A stretch of DNA of 63,724 bases, the filler included, from Kipferlia bialata (taxonomy: Eukaryota): the NCBI GenBank assembly GCA_003568945.1. It is 6 parts of 6 records of this genome, joined end to end, with 100 filler letters (N's around TTAATTAATTAA, not from the genome) between each part and the next. Parts side by side here need not be neighbours in the genome. Positions count along the whole stretch, not along the records: positions 54,409 to 60,184 come from BDIP01000972.1; positions 60,285 to 63,724 come from BDIP01000979.1; 4 more parts are not named here. One strand, written 5' to 3'. The notes beneath the pieces were generated by a model. The model was not told the DNA's origin, ran no database searches, and saw only the letters and a program-made list of their open reading frames with translations. Numbering within the stretch: position 1 is the stretch's first letter; every line of letters starts with the position of its first letter. Both the position numbers and the translations under genes were made by a program. This document shows positions 54,409-63,724 of this stretch, one piece after another.

Positions 54409-54458
<50 letters not shown>

Positions 54459-55410
54459 GACAGGGGGAGAGAATATATAGAGAGAAAGTATGGTCTAAGG
54501 CGGTGAGAGAAGAGAAGCAGGTGTGTGTGTGTGAGGGAGAGCGGGCGGTTGTGGGGAGATTTGAGAGGGGAAGACCCATGTCGATAAATAGTCAAAATAT
54601 CACATAACAGTGCTTAAGAAGAAGACAACTAGCCCTCCAACACCCCTTGCAGTTGTAGGTGTGAATTCCTCACACCAGCATGTACAATTCAAGGCAAAGT
54701 TCAAAGTAGACATAATACGCAATACTTCGTATGTCTGATACCCTAGCGTCATACATACCCGTGCAATATGGTAGGTTACCTATTAGTCCCTAGACACACC
54801 CTAAATGGTTGTAATCCAATCAGTCACTGGCCACTAATCACTCTCTGGCAACAGTAATCGACCCAGACTCAGTCAACCAAGGCAGGAAGAGAAGAAAAAA
54901 AGAAACATACAGGAAGGTCTTCCCACTAGTTCACAGTATACTAGTATTCAGTGAAAGAGGACTCATACATGAACAAAGACAGGCACAGAAGAGCAGATGA
55001 AGCCGAGTTGCCTAGAGAGAGAGACGATTTATTGGAGTGGACCCTTTAGTTGCCTAAATCGCAAAACTCCCAGTTAGACCCTTTCATTCTCAATGAGTTT
55101 TCGCCTTGGGGTCAATGATGTTGCATAAAGTCGTGATCCATACTGTGCTCTGGAACAGCTTTAAATACATTCTCTCCCCACAGACAGAAGTCCGGTAAGT
55201 AATGGGACGTATTGAGTGTGTGTGAGAGGTTTTCTATCCATGTTGTGTCGCATACTGCCATTTCTCTCATCAGTGCACACCGAATCTTTTTGGATCCGTT
55301 CACAGAAATCCAATGGTCTCTGGAATTCCTAGGGATTAGGGGTCAATGAAAAATCCAATCAAAGCCAATCATTCATGCATTGCTCTTCTTTCGAACCCCC
55401 AGTTCCTAAA

Positions 55411-55581
55411 GTGAGTAAGACAATGGAATTAGATGCATATTCAAGCATCTTTGCCATATTCATGCTCATTGAGTGGTTATTACAGTCTTTGGTATCATTT
55501 TTGGGATTGTCTAATAATACTTGATTCTTTTGTGTGGTTCTCCTTCCCTGCTTGCTCTCAGCCGTCCATTCTTACCTCCAG
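55411..55581 (+). other. Probable 5'-UTR intron of adhE
   Basis: GTGAGT at 55411 and CTTACCTCCAG ending at 55581, one base before the ATG at 55583. Confidence 0.5.
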
Positions 55582-55582
55582 A

Positions 55583-58500
55583 ATGTCCACATACAACCAG
55601 GCCCCAGTTTCTACCGTCGAGGAGCTCGACGCTCTCTTTGAGCTCACATGTAAGTGGTCATCTCATCAATCATATCTTTCTTCCCTGCTTCGGTGTAGAT
55701 CAGATTTGTGTCTAATTGCCAGGTGAGGCCAACGAGATCTTCCGCAAGATGGACCAGGAGTCCGTCGACAGGATCTTCAAGGCTGCCTCTCTTGCTGCCT
55801 CCGAGGCCAGGTATAAATCAACATCTCACACATCCATCCATCCATTCACTTCCTGTGGACCACCCATTTCCACATCATCTCTGCCTTACTTCCTACAATG
55901 ACTCACATTCAGGATCGTGCTTGCACGTGAGGCCGTCGAGGAGACCGGCATTGGTCTGCTTGAGGACAAGGTCATCAAGAACCACTTCGCTGCCGAGAAC
56001 ATCTACAACAAGGTGTGTTACCTGTGTGTCTGATGTTCACCCTGCTATTTTAAATGTTTCCGTATGGCTTTCTTTCCGCTTAAACATATCACTCCCGTCA
56101 TACCCTCCCCCCTTTGCACATCTCACCCCAGTTCAAGGACATGAAGACCGCTGGTGTTGTCGTCGAGGACAAGGTTGCCGGCTTCAGGCAGATCGCCGAG
56201 CCCCTGGGAACCCTCGCTGGAATCATCCCCACCACCAACCCCACCTCCACCACCATCTTCAAGTGCCTCCTGGCCCTCAAGACCAGGAACACCATCATCT
56301 TCTCCCCCCACCCCCGTGCCAAGAACTGCACCATGCACGCCGCCCAGATCGTGCGTGACGCCGCCATCGCTGCCGGTGCCCCCGCCAACTGCATTGGATA
56401 CATCACCACCCCATCCATCCAGCTGTCCCAGGTCCTCATGTCCCACGACAAGACCGCCACCATCATCGCTACCGGTGGCCCCGCTATGGTCAAGGCCGCC
56501 TACTCCTCCGGCAACCCCGCCATCGGTGTGGGTCCCGGTAACGTGCCCTGCGTCATGGACGAGCACTGTGACATCGAGGCCGCCGTCGCCAACGTCCTCA
56601 TGTCCAAGTCCTTCGACTACGGTGTTATCTGCGCCTCTGAGCAGTGCGTCATCGTGATGGACTCCATCTTCGACAAGGTCGAGGCTGAGTTCCGCAAGCG
56701 CGGTGCCTTCGTCATGGACGCCGAGCAGAAGGAGAAGGTCGGCCACGTGCTCTTCCCCACCAGGGAGGGCAAGAGGTACCTCAACCCCGCCGTTGTCGGT
56801 ATCTCCCCCAACCGCATCGCCGAGCTTGCCGGTGTCGAGTGCCCCCCCAGGGCCCGTATCCTCATGGCCAAGATCGAGGAGGTCTCCATGGAGGAGGTGT
56901 GGTCCAGGGAGAAGCTCTCCCCCGCCCTCGCCCTCATCAGGGCTTCCTCTTGGGACAACTGCTGCGAGCTTGCTGAGGGCATGCTCAAGCAGCACGGACT
57001 CGGCCACTCCGCCGCCTTCCACACCAACGAGCACACCCAGCAGGACAGGTTAGTATCTCTCTCTCTTTATCTCTCTCCCTGCAACCCCCCTCTCCCTAGC
57101 CTTCTCCTTACCCCCAGGATCGATGAGTTCACCTACCGCTGCCACGTTGGCCGTGTGATCATCAACTCCCCCTCTGCCCACGGAGGACTCGGAGACATCT
57201 ACAACTTTGTGATGAACCCCTCCCTGACCCTCGGATGCGGATCCGTTGGAGGCTCCTCCACCATGGAGAACGTCGCCCCCGGCCACCTCATCAACCTCAA
57301 GACCGTTGCCATCAAGCGCGAGAACTGCCTGTGGATGAGGTACATGCCCGCCGGTTCTCTCGATAAGTAACTGCAATGCCCGTAGTTGCACCACTCTTTC
57401 TTTACACGGCGCTTGTTTGTTACCATCATCGTGTGTTTATAGTGTCATCTTCGTGTCACCACAACAGTCAATGGATATTTGGCTGTTTAGCTGGTTTGAT
57501 CAATGCTCTGTAATTACTATATATATACCATACACTGCCAACAATCCCCCTTACCCTCCAGGGCTCCCCCCAAGACCTACTTCAAGTTCGGCTGCCTCTC
57601 CGAGGCCATGAAGGACCTCAAGCAGTTCAAGAAGGCCTTCATCGTCACCGACAAGGTCCTCTTCGACCTCGGATTCGTCGACCGCGTCACCAACGAGCTC
57701 ACCTCCTACGGCATCCCCTACTCCGTGTTCACCGACGTGCTCCCCGACCCCAACCTCGAGTGCTGCATGCAGTGCGTGGACAGGATCAAGGCCTGCCAGC
57801 CCGACCTCATCCTCGCCCTTGGCGGTGGCTCTGCCATGGACCTCATGAAGATGGCCAGGCTCATGTACGAGGCCCCCGAGACTGACTTCTCCGGCTGCGC
57901 CCAGCGCTTCATGGACATCCGCAAGCGTGCCTACATGTTCCCCGACCTGCTCTCCAACCCCAAGACCTTCTCCGTGTGCATCCCCACCACCTCCGGCACT
58001 GGATCCGAGGTCACCCCCTTCGCCGTTATCACTGACTCCGTCGCCGGAATCAAGTACCCCCTGGCCGACTACAACCTGATGCCCCAGATGGCCATTGTTG
58101 ACTCCTCCCTCGTCATGTCCATGCCCAAGTTCCTCGCTGCCTGGACCGGCCTTGACGCCCTTACCCACGCCATCGAGGCCCACGTGTCCGTGCTCGCCCA
58201 CGAGTACTCCACCCCCTACGCCCTCCAGGCCATCAAGCTCGTGTTCTCCTACCTCGAGGAGTCCGTCAACACCGGATCCCGCGTTGCCCGTGAGAAGATG
58301 CACTCCTGCGCCACCCTCGCTGGAATGGCCTTCGCCAACTCCTTCCTCGGAATCTGCCACTCCATGGCCCACAAGCTGGGACAGAAGTGGCACATCCCCC
58401 ACGGTCTGGCCAACGCCATCATGCTGATCCCCACCATCCAGTACAACGCCACCGACGCCCCCTTCAAGCAGGGTCTCTTCCCCATGTACACCAAGGCCTG

Positions 58501-58798
58501 CGCCAAGGCCAGGTACGCCGAGATCGCTGACTACTGCGGAATCTCCGCCGCCGGCCAGACCGACGACGAGAAGGTGCAGGCTCTCTGCGACAGGATCGAC
58601 GGCCTCATTGCCGCCGTTGGCGTCAAGAGGTACATCAAGGACACCCGCAACCCCCCCTCCCAGGAGGAGTACGAGGCCTCCCTCGACTACGTTGCCGAGC
58701 AGGCCTTCGACGACCAGTGCACTGGCGCCAACCCCCGCTACCCCCTCATCTCTGAGCTCCGCGAGCTCCTCTCCGGTGCTTACGCTCCCCAGGAGTAA
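55583..58798 (+). CDS. adhE: Bifunctional acetaldehyde-CoA/alcohol dehydrogenase
   Basis: Exons 55583-55649, 55723-55810, 55913-56012, 56132-57048, 57118-57339 and 57562-58798 join in frame. Motifs IIPTTNPTST, ATGGPAMVKAAYSSG, KSFDYGVICASEQ (catalytic Cys), LTLGCGS, LGGGSAMD, PTTSGTGSEVT, DALTHAIE..HSMAH..HGLAN (Fe ligands), DDQCTGANPRYP. Strong C-ending codon bias. Confidence 0.97.
57107..57117 (+). promoter_or_regulatory. Example of fused branch point/3' splice site (CTTACCCCCAG)
   Basis: The consensus CT(A/C/G/T)AC-pyrimidine-rich-YAG ends most introns in the window (CTCACCCCCAG, CTGACCCCCAG, CTAACCCCAG). Confidence 0.85.
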
Positions 58799-59092
58799 GG
58801 CCCTTGAGGCTATGCCGTGTGTGTTGTGTTAGTGTGTTTTAGTACTCATAGTTCCTTATCGTGGTACAACCGCTCTGCTGGATATAGTCTGGTGCAGCTG
58901 GATCAAATAGATACCGTTACTTAGTTCTATGCTGGGTTTGGATGTGCTCTGAATATGATATTATCAGTCCCATCATGGTGATGTATATACTTGTTATGAT
59001 ATTTCTTGTATATCATGTCACTGATACCCATCTCCATCTGACCAATGCCTATCTGAATAGAATACTGAACTGTGTGGTTTCTATTAGTTGTC

Positions 59093-60134
59093 CTAGAATA
59101 TGGCTGCCCACAGCAGCAGCACGATGCACAGACTGATGAGGATGGTCATGATCCACAGGTCTCGCCTCTTGAGGGCAGCCACCTTGCCAATGATGGTGCT
59201 GGGGGTGAGGAAGAGAGAGAGAAAGTGCATGTGTGGCGGTACCTTATACTTGGTATCCTCGAGTACACTCCTGTGACCTTGGACCTGGCACCCCTGATCA
59301 GGTGGCCTGGCAGTCAGACAGTCAAACACATCGGAAAGAGAGAGAGGGGACAGAGAGAAATAGAGATGCTGTGCGAGTACCCTGTGTGTCCAGCTCCTCT
59401 GCTGTGGTGTGTGCAGTCTCAATGAGGTCATCCACAGTGCTAGGGGTCAGAGAACTATACACACTCAATACATACAAATGCGTGATACTATACTCATTGT
59501 CCTTGTCACATACCGTGTAGCATCCACCGTGTTGAGCCTCTCCCTAAGGAGGGCCTCCTCCATACCAGACACAGGGCCAACCTCACTGGGGGTAAGATGG
59601 GGACACACGCACATATACACATATACACACACACAGAGAGAGAGAGAGTACTAGTGACTATACCTGGGTCTCAGCATGGCGTCCAGCTGTCGTCTCTCTT
59701 CCCTGGGGTCAGATGCGAGTCATAGTATCACAACACCTATTGATAGAGTGTCGATAGATACATGAATACCAAGTGCATATGATGACTCTGTCCCCTCACC
59801 TCATGTCCAGTGTCTGTATGGCAGAGGCAATCTCAGCCCTGGGGTGAGATTAGTATTGAGAATAGCACATATACTCCTATGCATCATACTTTCACACATG
59901 ATTAAGAGGATGTCTCAGCCCTAGGGTTATGATAGGGTCAATATATGATGAGTCAGAACGAGTATGTATCGATACCCATGCCTGTGTGATGCGAGTGCCC
60001 TCTGCTCCCAGTCATATAGTATCATATGTAGTATGTATCACAGTATATATTACCAATGATATATGAATATCCTGTACCTGTGTGATGCCAGTGCCCTCTG
60101 CTCCTTATCTACAACCATGGACATCACGGTGTAG
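59093..60134 (-). CDS. GOS1: Golgi Qb-SNARE, GOS1/GS28-like (partial)
   Basis: Spliced EALLRERLNTVDAT..TVDDLIETAHTTAEELDTQGHLIRGARSKVTGVYSRIP..STIIGKVAALKRRDLWIMTILISLCIVLLLWAAIF*: Qb-SNARE motif, KRRD and a C-terminal anchor. Confidence 0.75.
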
Positions 60135-60667
60135 CTGGGGTGGGTGGGGGGGGGGGAGAGAGAGAGAGAGGAAGAGGGAGAGATNNNNNNNNNNNNNNNN
60201 NNNNNNNNNNNNNNNNNNNNNNNNNNNNTTAATTAATTAANNNNNNNNNNNNNNNNNNNNNNNNNNNNNNNNNNNNNNNNNNNNAGGGGAGAGGTTGTGG
60301 GGGGGTGGGGGGGGGGGGGGGGGGGGGGATGATCAGATGGAGAAAGAGAGATTATCGTTGAGCGGAGAGCCAGTATTCCACCCTGGCTGGTGTAAGGATG
60401 AGAAAGAGAGAGGGGGTTGTAAGCGAGGGAGGGAGCGAAGAGAGAGAGAGAGAGGTACATGTGTACCTTTGAGAATCCCTGCACACTCCAGCTGCTCTTG
60501 TACAGACTGAACTTGCTACAGGTCTCTAACCGTGTCATATCTAGGTGACGAAGACTCGGGTATGGTTCAAAGAAAGCGGGTGAGAGGTTAGGCCTCGAAA
60601 GGAGTAACTATGTGACACATTTGCGAAAAAGTGAACAAAATGTGTTGAAATGAATGGCCTGATAAAA

Positions 60668-60757
60668 TGGTGTCTCTTGTGGGAATCGAACCCACACAAC
60701 GGCCAGGAAAAGTCTTCTTAGATTTTTTGGAATATAGCCATTGATCCAATAAGTGAC
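60668..60757 (-). tRNA. Degenerate tRNA(Leu)-like Pol III unit (pseudo-tRNA or tRNA-like ncRNA)
   Basis: Acceptor GTCACTT/AAGAGAC+A followed by CCA and TTTT; A-box-like TGGATCAATGG; perfect T arm GTGGG-TTCGATT-CCCAC; anticodon and variable arms non-canonical. Confidence 0.5.
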
Positions 60758-61207
60758 ACCGAAACTTTTAGCATATTTGGGCCGCCTTAGAGACCATATT
60801 ACTCTAGTATACCCCGCACCCATTTCCACACTGAGTGTGATACTGATCTATTGTCGAGACAGCAATTACAAGTTGCTATCTGCGTGTGTCTCGACCTATA
60901 CTACTGGTGGTCGAGACTATAATATATATATACACAACGTAGACCAAACTCCCCTCCCCAAATAACTTCAAATACACTGGCTAAATGCCACACACAACAC
61001 ATAAAGTAGCGCTACTTGGACCGTTGACCGTCTCTAACCATGCATGGCAAGATACAGTCTAGAAGGGCGCTGGAAGAAGGGGGGGGGGGAAGGGGGGGGG
61101 CGGTCATGTCATATGCACAAGTCCCTATATCTCTACGAGACTGTGCACGCCTCAAGATTCCTTGCAGTACCTGCAGTCCTCGATATACCCTAGATACGCG
61201 AGATAAC

Positions 61208-63039
61208 CTAGTACATCTCGTCCTCGCTGCCGTCGGCCTCGAAGAAGTCCCTGATGAGACCAGCGGCAAAGTCGTAGACGTTGTAGGAGGAGGTCTAGGG
61301 GTAAGAGAGAGGGACATAGAGAGAGAGAGAGAGAAGGAGGAAGAGATCACGACGTTGTAGGAGGAGGTCTGAGGGTAAGTAAGCATAAGTCAGAGAGAGA
61401 GAGAGAGAGAGAGAAAGGAGGACGTTGTAGGAGGAGGTCTGAGGGTAAGCAAGAGCAAGAGAGAGAGAGAGAAAAGAGGAAGAGATCAGTCAATGAGTCA
61501 GCATTGCAGCTAATGCATATTTATATATATATATGTAGGAATATATAAATGCACCAACCTGCTGGAGGTCCTCGATGGTGTCCAGGCCTCCACAGCTCTC
61601 GATCCTGAGGCAGATGGGGTTGGTGTCCTCGCCTGGGGTGAGAGGGGGAAGGCATAGACAGAGACATTTATACACATGGAACACATATGTCATAGTCAAT
61701 GATTGAGAGGGGCTATAGAGATAGAGAGATCGTATACGTACCGAGGTCCTCTCCGTACTGGAGGCATGACCTGAGGAACTGGAGACCCACGACAATGCAC
61801 TTGCGGTCCCTAGAGTGAGATAGAATAATATCCAATATGAACTCACAAGTATACGTATATATATACCTGTTGGTGTCTGATGTCTCGAGCATGGAGCATG
61901 TGCCCTCGACGGCACCGGCATCAATGGCATACCTGGGGGTGAGATAATACAAAGAGAGAGAGAGAGAGAGGAGAGAATTATGGGCCTGAGTGAGATATGG
62001 GGTAAGAGAGTAATGGTGGAAGGGCGAGAGAGATAGAGATAGAAAGACAAAGGTTGACTCACTTGAGCATGGCGTACTGGTCGTCGTGTGCAATGAGGTT
62101 GCCAAAGGACCAGACGGCCTCTCTCCTGGGGGTAAGTTGCATCAATGATACAGTATACATTATAGTGTACATTAAAGAGTAGAGATAACACACCTGATGT
62201 CTGCGAATGGGGACCTGAGGCAGTTGACCACCATGGGGATGAGGCCTGGGGTCAGTATACATACAGAGTACATACACAAACATATATATTATATATTATC
62301 ATATATATTATATACTCACCAGAAGTGCACAGGAGCTCCCTCTGTGCCTTGGTTCCAGCTGCAATGTTGGAGATGACCCAACAGCACTCCTTCCTGATGT
62401 ACCTGGGAGTTAGGGAACATCCAACCCATATTAATAGTATATATAGTAGGAAATATCCATGTATATACCTGAGCTCGCTGTTGAGCAGGATGAGCAGCCT
62501 CTCGATGATGCACACAGGATACTCACACAACANNNNNNNNNNNNNNNNNNNNNNNNNNNNNNNNNCACACAGGATACTCACACAACACTACAATATGGTA
62601 TATATATATATATATATATACATATATATATACCTGAGCTCGCTGTTGAGCAGGATGAGCAGCCTCTCGATGATGCCTGCGTTGAGTGTCAGCTCACAGA
62701 TGTCATCGGGGCCAGCGACACAGTTGCCAAGGGTTCTGGGTATGAGTATATCATATATGCATATACACTGTAAACAATATATACTCTATGTATAGGAATA
62801 TGAATACGATTACATAAACATGGGTATATATAGACAAAGATGCAGTTGCCATGGGTCCTGGGTATGAGTATATCATATGTATATACATTCATACAATATA
62901 CTATAAACAATACATATTCATTTGGTATATCCATGTGTACATACCTGAGGCATGGGGTGGAGATCTGGCTGTCGGAGTGCACGACAAGCTCCATGAGCCT
63001 GGAGGGTGAGACGAGAAGGATCTGTAAAGTCTTTCATGG

Positions 63040-63070
<31 letters not shown>

Positions 63071-63607
63071 ATATACACACATCCACTGTACCTCCTGAGC
63101 AGGATGCCGTCATTGACACTGACCAGGTCAATGAGGTGCTGGCCTGGGGATAAGACAGCATTATACAAGTATTACATACATATAATGGCACATGTATATA
63201 TATGTATATATCATGCCATACCTTGCACGGGTGGCTCCTCTCCGGGGGGGACATCACTGGCAGAGCGGTCACTGGGGGGTGAGAAGACTAATAAATACTA
63301 ATGAATACTAAAGTACACACACATATACTATACATACATCATTGTGTATTGCTATATTATATATAATTGTACATGCATATATATATATCTATACCTGAAG
63401 TAGGACAGGGCCCAGGCAGCATCCAGGACAATCTCGTAGCACTCCCAGTGGAGGTACTGGGGTCAGGGGAGATCGTATATGAGTATATATGGGAAGGGGG
63501 GGGGGGAAATAATAATACTATATCTATACATACACATATATGTCCCTACCTTGATGATGGGTGTGATCAGGCACTTGACCTGGTGGTATGGGGGAGAGGG
63601 GTGGTTC
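61208..63607 (-). CDS. KPNA: Importin (karyopherin) alpha, 3' part
   Basis: ARM-repeat peptides CLRTLGNCVAGPD, IRKECCWVISNIAAGTKAQ, REAVWSFGNL, RIESCGGLDTIEDLQQ..NVYDFAAGLIRDFF; TAG at 61208-61210. Confidence 0.92.
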
Positions 63608-63724
63608 CTGGGGGGTGAGGGAGTGTATTCAATATAGTCAGAAGTTAAGAGAAAGGAAAAGGAGGAGGGGGGGTGGGGGGGGGGGGGGGGGGGGGCTTCT
63701 AATATATATATATATATACATTAA

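Noticed and set aside
56123..58402. Long antisense ORFs (303 and 283 aa) opposite adhE
   Set aside because: Expected by-product of strong C-ending codon bias on the sense strand.
13522..60284. TTAATTAATTAA repeated five times
   Set aside because: Always centred in a 100-bp N spacer, so it is an artificial linker. Segments of 13499, 13496 and 13492 bp look size-sorted, so neighbours across spacers are not evidence of linkage.
58796..61210. Alternative genetic code (TAA/TAG = Gln) as in hexamitid diplomonads
   Set aside because: adhE ends in TAA, and GOS1 and importin alpha end in TAG at the expected C-termini; no in-frame TAA/TAG in the conserved exons examined.
62511..62590. Direct repeat CACACAGGATACTCACACAACA
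   Set aside because: It flanks both sides of an N gap and is probably an unmerged contig overlap.

Overview
Eukaryotic, very intron-rich draft-genome DNA. Six segments are joined by artificial 100-bp N/TTAATTAATTAA spacers. Short GT-AG introns with a branch point fused to the acceptor (CTNAC-N(2-4)-YAG), a bacterial-type AdhE, the standard genetic code and heavy (GA)n/(TA)n content point to an anaerobic fornicate such as Kipferlia (inference). Recognisable genes are adhE, importin alpha, a GOS1-type Qb-SNARE, a serpin, a DDB1/CPSF160/SF3B3-family protein, a DUF1917/Bles03-like protein, a secreted LRR protein, a large WD40 protein, several divergent kelch-like propellers and a degenerate tRNA-like Pol III unit. 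Two signals are not explained by these annotations. (1) Many introns carry stacked extra copies of the neighbouring exon end with its splice site. Each copy has an unrelated intron sequence, and the copies differ from the real exon almost only at synonymous positions (14/14 and 13/13 silent differences in two cases). (2) Six exact 22-bp inverted-triplication scars, T[1-7]+revcomp(T)+T[2-8], fit excision footprints of hairpin-forming DNA transposons with 8-bp target duplications. All calls were made by eye; multi-exon boundaries other than adhE are approximate.
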